64,000 nucleotides of DNA, taken from contig NIVC01000131.1 of the NCBI GenBank assembly GCA_002269645.1, forward strand, positions 223,881 to 287,880, written 5' to 3'. The stretch is from Macrostomum lignano (Eukaryota). Shown piece by piece: positions 13,101-24,320 of this stretch; position 1 is the stretch's first letter, and each line of letters begins with the position of its first letter. The translations under genes and the position numbers were made by a program. Under the pieces are notes generated by a model, which had not been told where the DNA came from, searched no databases, and worked only from the letters and a program-made list of their open reading frames with translations.

Positions 13101-13890
13101 TGCGGTGCAGCTCGGGGTGCAGGCTCCAGTATTCGTCTAGGATGAGCATGAGCTCCTGGGCTCGGCCCAGGGCGAACGCCGGTATCAAGCACCGACCGCC
13201 CCTAGCAACAATATCGTGTACTAAACCGACGAATCGGGCTTCGCGTTCCTCGCGCCTATCGTGAATGTGCGTGCCGTAGGTGGACTCGGTGATGAGCACG
13301 TCTGGTCGGCAGGGCGGCAGCTCGGCGGACATCAGGTGCCGGTCCTCCTGCCGGCTGAAATCGCCCGTGTACAGGATTCGAACTCCGGCTATCTCAATTA
13401 GAAACATTGCGGCGCCGAGCACGTGACCAGCGTGATAGGCCGTGAATTTGATGCCGTTCACCTCCAGCTCTTGGTGAAAGTCGATGGTCTCAATGCGCTC
13501 CATGGAGCTCTGGATGTCCTGATCGGCGTACAGAGCCGCCTCCGAGCTGTTGTTGCTAACCTTGACAAAGTCGCATAGCAACCAACGGTAAATAGCCTTA
13601 GTGGCGTGGGTCATAAATACTCGGCCTCGGAATGGCGTCTTGGACAGCAGGTAGGGCAGGCCGCCGCAGTGGTCCAGGTGAAAGTGGCTCACTAGAAGTA
13701 CGTCGACCTTCTCGTGCTCGATATTGTCAATGAATGGCAGGGACTCGTTGGAGCGCAGGCCCGGATGAATGCCGCAGTCCAGCACCACCAGTTTGCCTTT
13801 GAATTTCAGCATGATGCAGGACCGGCCGACCTCTTGGCCCGAGCCCAGGGGCGTGATCACCAGCTCGTTGCTTTCATCCGCTCCGCTCAT
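10149..13890 (-). CDS. CPSF3: Cleavage and polyadenylation specificity factor subunit 3 (CPSF73 endonuclease), 3 exons, ~692 aa
   Basis: Exons 13890-12778, 11583-11002 and 10532-10149, all with phase-0 GT-AG junctions (HPHE|VTTMSGQ; VLIE|[12 protein letters not shown]). Contains [12 protein letters not shown], the metal motif SHFHLDH, beta-CASP domain, FSAHTD and LVHGE. Confidence 0.96.
10667..10953. repeat. Minisatellite, 32-bp unit CATAGCAACAAAGTACGGAAGCATCTCAACAG, in CPSF3 intron 2
   Basis: Direct repetition inside intron 11001-10533. Confidence 0.93.
11675..12735. repeat. G-run minisatellite, ~33-36-bp unit GGGGAATGTGGGGGGATTCCGTCCAATACCTCTGT, in CPSF3 intron 1
   Basis: Fills ~1060 of the 1194-nt intron 12777-11584 and degenerates towards 12735. 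Confidence 0.95.
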
Positions 13891-15879
13891 GCTTGATCAG
13901 CTGAGAAACATAGGGGATTTGGTGATGTAGCTATGCAGTCAATACATTCATTGCTTGGGTATTCATTTTCTAAAGCAGATAATAATAAGTCAGGTAGAAT
14001 TTAAATTAGTGCTAAAAGACTAAAATGCTTTATTTATATTTTGATAATTGATGTAGGGTCAATTTCCCAAGAAGAAAAAATGACAATAATTACCTGCAAA
14101 ACACATGGGCAATTATGTGCTTCTTACGAGCAGATAGTTAAGATTCTTAATTAAAGTTTTTGGAAAATATGGCTTTGGGGTATATATATATACTCATAAA
14201 GTATAAACATACCTTAGTATTGTATTTTACTTTTATGGAAACCAAACTGCTAAATAAATACTAGGATGCTAAGTGGCACATTTTCAACAAAATGATTTAA
14301 TTTGCACTTTAAACTGTTTTAAAGTATATTATTAGATATATAGATATATATATATATATATAGAACTAAGTGAAATTACTTAAAATGTTAATGTAGATCA
14401 ATAAGAAATAGAATGGTTATAATAAATTTTTTCTATTGAGGTGGAAGGCCTCTTAGTTCAATAGATGTAATGGCAGCAAAGATTTTGTGCTGCTTTGCGA
14501 GTATATTTATATATACAAACAGCACAAGATTCAAGGGCCTAAGGAGGTATGAAAAGGTGGCATGGTGTGATAGGCTATGCCAACCCCCCCCCCAGCTTAG
14601 TGAGCCAGCTAGCTTGGTGTGCACCCACCCCACCTCAGCTAGACAGAGGTTGGGGCAGTTTCTAGTGCAGCTACACTGGTGCTTGCCAGTCGTGTATAGT
14701 CTGGCCACGACACTACTAAATTTATTATAAAACAAATATTTTCCCTATAACTATGGCCATAACTACAGTAAGCCTTATATTATGGCAGCTATGATAAAAT
14801 AGACCTGTATTGAAGAGAATTAAAAGAACTAAGAATACTGAGGGGCTTATATTATAGAGATAGGACAAAACAATTTTTTTAAACAATTTTATTTATTTTG
14901 AATATCTGATGGAACCAATTTCAATACTGAATAATACTGAATATTGAAAGCACTTTGGTAAAGCCATGAATTGCAATGATTAAACTTGTGTAGAAATGTC
15001 TAGCTACACTCACTGCTAGAAGCACATGGTATTTATATCTAAACCTGATCCCTTTAGTAGCCCTTGTCCAATAGGTCTGCATCTTCTTGTCCAATGAAAT
15101 ATGCCTAGACCAAATGCAAACCTCATCTCTTCCAAATGTTTAGGAATCAGTGCCTCCGAATCTATGGTCCATAAACTTGATTCTTAATGTTCCACTTTTT
15201 CTAAAGCTTCAAAGCCTCCTAAAGTCTCAGTATCTAATCTGAGCACAACAGACCTCGTTATCTTATCCTTAATTCTTTCCCTTATTTATAAGCCACAACC
15301 CCATAACCCTCAACACCATTGACTCTTCAAATACAAACTTCAATCCTTAATTCTCAAATATCCTGAATTCTTCCCTTCATTTATAAGCCACAGCTGTAAT
15401 ACTTACTCAACTCTTGACTTGATCCAAATCTTCATCCTATATCAAAGCAACTACTCAGTATCTTATTTTTCAGCTTTTCAGCAGCTTATTTTCAACTTTC
15501 CAATTCCAATTCAAAGCAAATATTCAATCGATTTGATTCAATTCTGAACATTCAAAATATTTGTTCTATCTTTACTATGTTAAATGCATAAAGGCAAAGC
15601 TGAATAAGTTCCAAAGAAACCTTTCTATAATCATATGAGGTGTTTTTAAAACAAATGTCAGTGGCTATATATTTCTGCTCAAGCAAATGCAGCCAACCTA
15701 TTTTTTAATATGTTTTATATTGTTATCTTGTGACTTACCAGCTGAAAATTCTACATTCAGCTACATTCTAGCACTAGCAGCAATGAAAGCCAACTACTTG
15801 TTTTAAGGTGTTATATTACTGCCATGATCTGAGCTCATACTTTTGTTTATGATATGGCAAAAGTGGGGTACAGCATGCT

Positions 15880-16649
15880 CAGTGTTGTTACAAGCATTTC
15901 TGAAAAATAATCCACAGATTAAAAAAATCTGCAGAGTATATTTTTCATGAATTAGAAAGTTAAAAGATCCATTTTTAATCCTCAAAATACTTGTTCACAA
16001 TATTATTAAAACCAATTTCAACGACGTCCTAATTAAGGAATCTAAATCCTAATGTATTCTGGGTCTCCTAAAGTAAAACACTAACAATATAAAATGAAGA
16101 CAGTCGGAGAAAAGTCTATCGATAGCAGCCTTGAAGCTCTGCACGTAACTGTTATCCCAATGAAGCACATTTTGCAGTATCTTCAATAGCTGAGGGTCGA
16201 GCCCTCGCACCATCTCCTGCCTCGTTTGAAATTCAGTGTTGCAGAAGAACAGCCGGCAGAACTTGACTGAGCTTCTGTCACTAGGAAGAAGGCTGCCGAT
16301 TCTATGGTAGATTTCCCTGTGAATGATCACACTGGGGTATCCACCAGGCATTTGCCGCTCCTCCACTCCTAATTATTTATATTCTATCAGCCAGATGGAA
16401 CACTAGCTAATACAAGTCTGTCAGTTTAGCTATATTAAAAAACTAAGTGATATAACAAAAAATAAATGAAAATAGAAAACACAAAAAGACAGGAACCATA
16501 CTTGTAAATGTAAAACATTGTTTTTATATACAGTTTTGCAAAAAAAGAAAAATCCGCAGAAATTCAAAAACAAATAAAATAATCAGCATTTTCCTCAGAA
16601 AGCTAAAAAATCTGCAGTGTGGAAATTTCTGCAGCTTGTAACACCACTG
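15880..16649. mobile_element. hAT-like non-autonomous TIR element (770 bp)
   Basis: TIRs CAGTGTTGTTACAAGC (15880-15895) and GCTTGTAACACCACTG (16634-16649) match 15/16. An 8-bp direct repeat AGCATGCT flanks it at 15872-15879 and 16650-16657. Confidence 0.75.
16090..16366 (-). pseudogene. Helitron Rep/helicase N-terminal fragment
   Basis: IIHREIYHRIGSLLP..VKFCRLFFCNTE..LDPQLLKILQNVLHWDNSYVQSFKAAIDR resembles the Helitron motif IHGQIYHRIGSLLP..KFAQLYIYDTE..LQ.ML...NPYV..FK.A. Confidence 0.7.
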
Positions 16650-16699
16650 AGCATGCTGAAAATCAAAGAGGCCTTGGCCATGGCCCACCTAGACAAGCA

Positions 16700-17660
16700 G
16701 CTATCCAAGAGGCAAATCTATTGTCTCATCTGTCAAGAAAATGATGGCCAGGACACAGAAGATTAATGCAGGTTCAATGCAAAGAAAACAAGACAATTTG
16801 CAGACTACCATAGCTATAGAAGAGGCTATTGAGTCTGATCACTACAAAACCATTGAGGAATTAGCCAAAGACTTTGACCTGTCTATCAGCATAGTCCACA
16901 CAATTTTACACATGGATCTTGGATTGTCTAAGAAGAGTGTGCTGGGTCTCTTGGCTGCTATTGCTAGAGCAGAAAGCAAAGCAAGTCTGCTGCTATAAGA
17001 TTATGCAAAAGCTCCACTTTGAGCAAGGTGGAACCTTTGAGACATCCATGATGACCAGTCTTTTTTCACCTTAGAGACCAAGCAGCAAAGCCACCAATGG
17101 CTGCTAAGAGGAGTTCCAGTATCAACTACCAATGAAGGTGAGAGTCTAGGAGTCCCACAAGAAGCAGATAATCTTTATCTTCTTTGACTCCCAAGGCATG
17201 ATCTATACACTATGCACTACGAGGTGTATGCACTACGAGTATGACCCAATTAGCTCAAAAATTAATTCCAACTATATCTTGAATATGTTGGCCACTTTCA
17301 AGAAGCAACTAGCTTAGAAATGGTCATAGTTGGCCAAAGGCCAATGGTTCTTCCATTGGGACAATGCAACAGTCTACTCAGTGGCCAAGATAAGAGTTTT
17401 TAGCTAAAAATCATATCAAAGTACTTAAGTATCTATTATATTTACCAGATCTAGTTTTAGCCAACTTTTGACTATTTTTCAAGTGAAATTGGACTTATTA
17501 AGCAGCTAGATTGTTGGCAAAACAGTAAGAGCAGAGTGGGAACACATTGTAAGGAGTCTCCTAACAGTTGTATATGCCTAAGCTTTTTATAACTAGATGG
17601 AGCAATGCAAGAAGTGCATCAAGCTAGGTGGTAACTATGTTGCAAAGTTGTAGGGAATAA
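16700..17660 (+). mobile_element. Degenerate mariner-family transposase relic
   Basis: HTH-like KTIEELAKDFDLSISIVHTILHMDLGLSK; ETKQQSHQW; FFDSQGMIY; QWFFHWDNA (17340-17370); terminal CKKCIKLGGNYV. Many stops and frameshifts. Confidence 0.75.
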
Positions 17661-18069
17661 TAGACCAAAGTTGCCATGTGAGCTAGAAAATAAACTCACA
17701 AAAAATTGTTTTTGAAAACACATATATATATTATATAACAATAAATTGATTATTATAAGACATAGTTATATCATTAATGCTAGATTATTATTCTATATCT
17801 ATAGTAATAGTATCATTAACTGATCATAGTATTTATATCTAATTAATTTGGTTTATATAATTTTAATAATATACTATTATAGAACATAAATTAATATATT
17901 AAGTGACTAACCTATTTTTATATACTAAATATTAGTAGCTAAAATAATTGGTCAAAGATGCTAAAAATATATAGAGGCCTATTCAAAAAGCCTAAAAATT
18001 TGAGCAAAAACTGAAGATATACCTTTATATCATTTATATACAAAGGGCATGCAATGTATTCTGCACAAA

Positions 18070-19050
18070 TGCCTATTATGATAAAACAGTGAAGGGCACA
18101 GTCATACTACATATGTTATAACTCAACATAGTCTCTATCTAATGCAATGCACTTTTGCCATTGTCACTCCAGCTTCTTGATCCCCTCCTCAAAACAGGTT
18201 TGTGGAAGCTACAAAATTGACTTTCTTCATAGTAGCCCAAATCTCCTCTACTATGAAGTGGATATCATGCAAGGGATCTTTGAGCTATACAAACAGGTGG
18301 TAGTTGCTGGGGGCTAGGTGTGGGAGTAGCTGCCACTTCAGTTGTCGAATTTCGGCCATAGACAAACATGTTATGTGCACTTGTGCATTGTCCTAAAGGA
18401 GGAGCGAATGACCATGGATCTTTCCAAGTCTGACTTTGGGCAGTTTCTGATAGACTTCTTCTAGCAAAGTGCTATAACAGGTAGCAGTGATACTTGTCTT
18501 TAGAGAATAGAAGTCAGTATGGATGATTCCCTTATAGTTGCAAAATATAGTGAGTTGAAACTTGCCAATAGAGAGGGACCTGACTTGGCATGAACTAGTC
18601 AAGATTCATCAGGACCCACCCACTGCATCCATTGGCACTTGGTCTTAGGCAAGAAGTATAGCAAAGGGGTTTTATCAAAGGTTATGATGCATTGCCAGAA
18701 ATGGTCACCTATGTCTTCTAACATATTGATATACATAGTCACATAGGCCACCCTTCTTCCTTTCTACTTAGCCATTAGTAGCCTTGGGACCAATAGGGAG
18801 CTAAGCTTCTTTATCTGCAAATCCTCATGGACAATCTTCTCCAAAGAGCCACAAGAGATACCTATGGATTACCTCCATTTCATCAAATGTGAGCCATTGG
18901 TCTTTGTCTAAGAGGGTCCATACACAGTCTATATTCTGTTTTATTGCTACAGTCAATAGACCTTTATTGCATACATCATCTTTGAGGTCATGTTGCCTAG
19001 CAACAAAGCAGGCAATCCACTTACTCACTATGGATCTGTTAGGAGCTAAG
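18070..19050 (-). mobile_element. Second degenerate mariner-family transposase relic
   Basis: GKFQLTIFCNYKGIIHTDF..YSTLLEEVYQKL; DNAQVH; PHLAPSNYHLF (YSPDLAPSDYHLF-like, ~18291-18322); N-terminal DLKDD..LLDKDQWLTFDEM. Confidence 0.75.
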
Positions 19051-19789
19051 TCACTATAGTGCGCTTATAGGCATTTGGCAGCCTTATTCAGTGTTAATCC
19101 TTCTTTATATCAGAAATAGGTGATTGCCTTCCACTTATTTTAGTAGGTGCATAGCTAGGATTTATATCAAGGAGGGACAGAAACATAAATTCATCTCTAA
19201 TATTAGCAATAGAACTTCTTTTGAAGTGTTTTAAGCAAGATAGATAAAAATTTGCTTTTTATTAGAAGCAAAAAAAAGGCAATGAAAAAAAATTTCCCCT
19301 TCTAGAGGGGGGGGGACATGTCCTTAGTGTCCCCCCTCCCCATTGGCTATGCCCCTGATTTTTTAATGAATTCGAGTATTTGGAAAAGGAAAATAGATGC
19401 ATCATTTTTTATCTAGATAATTAAGGACTATTAATGTGAGTTGAATGAAAAATTCAATATTATTAGATAATACAACTAGCAATCTTCGCCCCCGTTGGGG
19501 GACATCTGGATAGAATCTCTGTTCTCTACAAGTAACAAAAAGACAGCCAAATAAAGCCTTCACAAAGACGATAGACAAACTGCTCTAATAAAGTGTAATG
19601 CAAAAAGAAATCATCCCAAGACAGCAAGCATCCCCCAGATTGCAAGCATCCCCCAGATAGCAAGCATCCCGAAAAAGTAAGCATCCACCATAAAATAAGT
19701 AGCTAGTGCTACAATTTCCTTAGCTCTATAGTGGCTCCTTTAAAATTGGCATGACGCTTAATTTTACCTTTGAAATTGTGTAAATTTTA

Positions 19790-22775
19790 TGTTTGACTTG
19801 GTGGCTCTTTAATGTTTGACATGGTGGCTCTTTTATGTTCTACATGGTGGCTCTCTTATGTTTGATTCGGGGTTTTCTTAATGTCTGACATGGTGTCTCT
19901 TTATTGTTTGACATAGTGGCTCTTTTATGTTTGACATGGTGGCTCTTTTATGTTTGACATGGTGGCTCTTTAATGTTCGACATGGTGGCTCTTTAATGTT
20001 TGACATTATGGCTCTTTAATGTTTGACATGGTGTCTCTTTTATGTTTGACATGTTGTCTCCTTAATGTTTGACATGGAGTCATGTATATGTTTGCCATGG
20101 TGGCTCTTTAATGTTAGACATGGTGTCTCTTCAATGTTTGACATGGAGTCATGTATATGTTTGACATGGTGGCTCTTTAATGTTTGACATGGTGGCTCTT
20201 TAATGTTTGACATAGTGGCTCTTTAATTTTCGAAATGGTGGTTGTTTTATGTTCTACATGGTGGCTCTTTAATGTTCGACATGGTGGCTCTTTAATGTTC
20301 TTAACGGTGTCTGTTTAATGTTTGACATGGTGGCTCTCTAATGTTCGACATGGTGGCTCTTTAATGTTTGACATGGTGGCTCTTTAATTTTCGAAATGTT
20401 GGCTGTTTTATGTTTGACATGGTGGCTCTTTAATGTTAGACATGGTGGCTCTTTAATGTTTGACATGGTGGCTCTTTAATGTTCGACATGGTGGCTCTTT
20501 AATGTTAGACATGGTGTCTCTTTAATGTTTGACATGGAGTCATGTATATGTTTGACATGGTGGCTCTTGTATTTTTAACATGTTAGCTCTTTAATGTTCG
20601 ACATGGTGGCTCTTTAATGTCCAACATGGAGTCACGTATATGTTTGACATGGAGTAATGTATATGTCTGATATGGTAGCTCTTTAATGTTTTACATGGAG
20701 TCACGCATATGTTTCACATGGTGGCTATTTTATGTTTGACATGGTGGCTCTTTAATGTTTTACATGGTGGCACTTTCATGTTTGTAATGGTGACTATTTT
20801 ATGTTCTACATGGTGGCTCTTTTATGTTCGACATGGTGGCTTTTTAATGTTTGATAAGGTGGCTATTTAATGTTCGACATGGTGGCTCTTTAATTTTTGA
20901 CAAGGTGGCTCTTTAATGTTTGAAATAGTGGCTCTTTAATTTTCGAAATGGTGGCTGTTTTATGTTTAACATGGTGGCTCTTTAATGTTCGACATAGTGG
21001 CTCTTTAATGTTTTTAATGGTGTCTGTTTTATGTTTGACATGGTGGCTCTTTAATGTTTGACATGGTGGCTCTTTAATGTTTGACATAGTGGCTCTTTAA
21101 TTTTCGAAATGGTGGCTGTTTTATGTTCTACATGGTGGCTCTTTAATGTTCGACATGGTGGCTCTTTAATGTTCTTAATGGTGTCTGTTTTATGTTTGAC
21201 ATGGTGGCTCTCTAATGTTCGACATGGTGGCTCTTTAATGTTTGACATGGTGGCCCTTTAATGTTTGACATGGTGGCTCTTTTATGTTAGACATGGTGGC
21301 TCTTTAATGTTCGACATGGTGGCTCTTCAATGTTTGACATGGAGTCATGTATATGTTTGACCTGGTGACTCTTTAATATTTGACATGGTGGCTCTTTAAT
21401 GTTTGACATGGGGTCTCTTCAATGTTTGACATGGTGGCTCTTTTATCTTTGACATGGTGGCTCTTCAATGTTCGACATGGTGGCTCTTTAATTTTTGACA
21501 TGGTGGCTCTTTGATTTTCGAAATGGTGGCTCTGTTTTATGTCTAACATGGTTGCTCTTTAATGTTCGACATAGTGGCTGTTTTATGTTTGACATGGTGG
21601 CTCTTTGATGTTTGACATGGTGGCTCTTTAATGTTTTTAATGGTGTCTGTTTTATGTTTGACATGGTGGCTCTTTAATGTTTGACATGGTGGCTCTTTAA
21701 TGTTTGACATAGTGGCTCTTTAATTTTCGAAATGTTGGTTTTCTTTTGTTGACATGGTGGCTCTTAATGTTCGACATGGTGGCTCTTTAATGTTCTTAAT
21801 GGTGTCTGTTTTATGTTTGACATGGTGGCTCTTTAATGTTCGAAATAGTGGCTGTTTTATGTTTGACACGGTGGCTCTTTAATGTTCGACATGGTGGCTC
21901 TTTAATGTTTTACATGGTGGCACTTTCATGTTTGACCTGGTGGCTCTTTAATGTTTGACATGGTGGCTCTATAATATTCGACATGGTGGCTCTTTTATGT
22001 TTGACATGGTGGCTCTTTTATCTTTGACATGGTGGCTCCTTCATGTTCGACATGGTGGCTCTTTAATGTTTGACATGGCGGCTCTTTAATTTTCGAAATG
22101 GTGGCTCTGTTTTATGTTTGACATGGTGGCTCTTTAATGTTCGACATAGTGGCTGTTTTATGTTTGACATGGTGGCTCTTTGATGTTCGACATGGTGGCT
22201 CTTTAATGTTTTTAATGGTGTCTGTTTTATGTTTGACATGGTGGCTCTTTAATGTTAGACATGGTGGCTCTTTAATGTTTGACATAGTGGCTCTTTAATT
22301 TTCGAAATGTTGGCTATTTTATGTTTGACATGGTGGCTCTTTAATGTTCGACATGGTGGCTCTTTAATGTTCTTAATGGTGTCTGTTTTATGTTTGACAT
22401 GGTGGCTCTTTAATGTTCGACATGGTGGCTCTTTAATGTTTGACATGGTAGTTCTTTTATGTTTGATATGGTGGCTTTTTCATGTTTGACATGGTGGCTC
22501 TTTAATGTTCAACATGGTGGCTCTTTTAGGTTTGAAATGGTGGCTCTTTAATTTTTTACATGGTGGCTTTTTAATGTTCGACATGGTGGCTCTTTAATGT
22601 TCGACATGGTGACTCTTTTAGGTTTGAAATGGTGGCTCTTTAATGTTCGACATGGTGGCTCTTTAATGTTTGACATGGTGGCTCTTTAATGTTCGACATG
22701 GTGGCTCTTTTAGGTTTGAAATGGTGGCTCTTTAATGTTTGACATTGTGGCTCTTGTATGTTTGACATAGCGCTT
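19790..22775. repeat. Satellite, 23-bp unit TTTAATGTTTGACATGGTGGCTC, roughly 125-130 copies with recurring variant blocks
   Basis: Direct repetition. Variant monomers (TTTTCGAAATGG, TTCTTAATGGTGTCTG, GGAGTCATGTATATG) recur in the same order. Confidence 0.96.
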
Positions 22776-22828
22776 CTTTTATGTTTAGCAGTTTTTTGTT
22801 TTTAAGGTGTTTTAATAAAAAATCATTT

Positions 22829-22894
22829 TGCGCTACCAAGATTCGAACCCAGTTTGCTACATTAGCAGTCCAGTCTGTTCGCATCTAGGCTATC
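22829..22894 (-). other. tRNA-Ser(GCT)-derived segment (SINE-head-like Pol III promoter), not an intact tRNA
   Basis: The - strand reads GATAGCCTAGATGCGAACAGACTGGACTGCTAATGTAGCAAACTGGGTTCGAATCTTGGTAGCGC: A-box-like TAGCCTAGATG, anticodon loop CTGCTAA, B-box GGTTCGAATC. The stems are broken. Confidence 0.6.
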
Positions 22895-23657
22895 TTTTTT
22901 TAATTGGAGCACATGAATTGTGGCCCTTATAATTCAATTCGGTTAGAAAGTCGCAAGTCGGTTAGAGTAAAAATTTATGACATAATCAATTTCTCAGTCA
23001 GCCAGTATCAGTCTTAATTGAAGTTAGCAATATGGTTACACAATTTTAATCAAGTCGGGTGTGCATTTCTTTGACACTGTTTTCAAATTGTTGTGATGCA
23101 ATCTTTATCACAATTGGAATTCAGCCAGTCAGTTTTTTCTCTAGCATTCTTACAATGCATTCCAGGTCGAAAGAGCTGCTTGACCTTTGCAAAAAGCATG
23201 TTTTTCGAATATTTAATCCCTTTAAAATTGAGCAATTTTTTAGCCAGGATGCATGTACCGTCCCAGGAAAATTTCTGATCAAATGGTGCAAGTTTGAAGA
23301 AAATCGGTTGAGCCATTTTTTCTGAAATCTATCGCATAGCTAGTTACAGACATTTCATTTTTAGTATATAGGATGTACTGTCTGGACTATATATAGAAAT
23401 AAGCACTTCTCTGTTTTAATTCAAGTAGGAACCCCTTGGCCTAGTACAAAATACATTATATATCCTTCAACCATTGCAAGTCATACCTGTCATATGCCTA
23501 AAAATTTATAAAACTGTTATATTTTCATACATAATCTTTTTATCATGCTTAGTAAAGTAGATGTAGACCTATATAAATAAGTATTAATTTATTAAAAATT
23601 AGTAAATAATAATAATAATTTTATAGTCTATAGATACACTCAGTTGTTTTAAGCATT

Positions 23658-23825
23658 CATGTGCAACTTTGAGAATCACCTAGCCATTTCAATTGGCAAC
23701 ATACACATGTAAGTCGCTATTGGCTGAAAGCAGTCACGTGACTACTATTCCGTCCAATAGCGACTTACATGTGTTTGTTGCAAATAGAAATGGCTGAGTG
23801 AATCCCAAGGTTGCGCCCAAGCATG
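23658..23825. mobile_element. Short fold-back (MITE-like) element, copy 1
   Basis: Imperfect palindrome (..GGCAACATACACATGTAAGTCGCTATTGG / CCAATAGCGACTTACATGTGTTTGTTGC..), homologous to 29831-29975. Confidence 0.7.
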
Positions 23826-23933
23826 GTTTTAAGCATTTATTAGGGTAGAATAGAAGGCTAATATAGGTTGTATTTATAAAAAAGCATAGCTTAGGCCCTA
23901 GGGCCTAGTAAATAATTTGTATATTCTTTATTT

Positions 23934-24320
23934 GGCGATCTTTTGGTTTCCCACTCTAAATTATTTTAATGCTTTTTTCAAACTTTTCAGAGTTGCAGAA
24001 GCATAGAAGCAGAAGCATATGTTCAGGTAAAGTTCAGGTAAGTTGCTGAAATGACATAGCAATGTCACAGGTCTCGCAATTCCTGCTATTGGTAAGCGGG
24101 TGGTGTCTCGCCATCCAATGCATTGCCTCGTCAACATTGGGCACCAATGCAACTAGTCCTCGATGATTAACATCAATGTCATACAGAACTATGCTTTTGA
24201 GGACTTCGGCGGCTGGGACAATGGTCTGCGGTGCAGGAGGTCGACCAGCCATACTAGCAGTAGCTGAAAAGTTTGAAAAAAGCGTCAAAATAATTTAGAG
24301 TGGGAAAACGAAAGATCACC
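23934..24320 (-). mobile_element. Merlin (IS1016/IS1595-related) internal-deletion derivative, 387 bp
   Basis: ~57-bp TIRs GGCGATCTTTTGGTTTCCCACTCTAAATTATTTT.. and ..AAAATAATTTAGAGTGGGAAAACGAAAGATCACC. 8-bp flanks CTTTATTT / CTTTATTC. Internal EAMHWMARHHPLTNSRNCETCDIAM resembles a Merlin N-terminal zinc ribbon. Confidence 0.65.

Larger units (their letters stand above)
19476..23373 (-). mobile_element. Non-autonomous Helitron (3898 bp) containing a 3-kb satellite
   Basis: The - strand reads A|TCCTATATACTAAAAATG at 23373 and ends GTCCCCCAACGGGGGCGAAGATTGCTAG|T at 19476. This gives 5' TC, a GC hairpin ~10 nt before CTAG, an A|T insertion site and no TSD. Confidence 0.78.

Noticed and set aside
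22829-22894. Functional tRNA-Ser gene
   Set aside because: The acceptor and anticodon stems do not pair and the long variable arm is missing, so it is kept only as a tRNA-derived segment.
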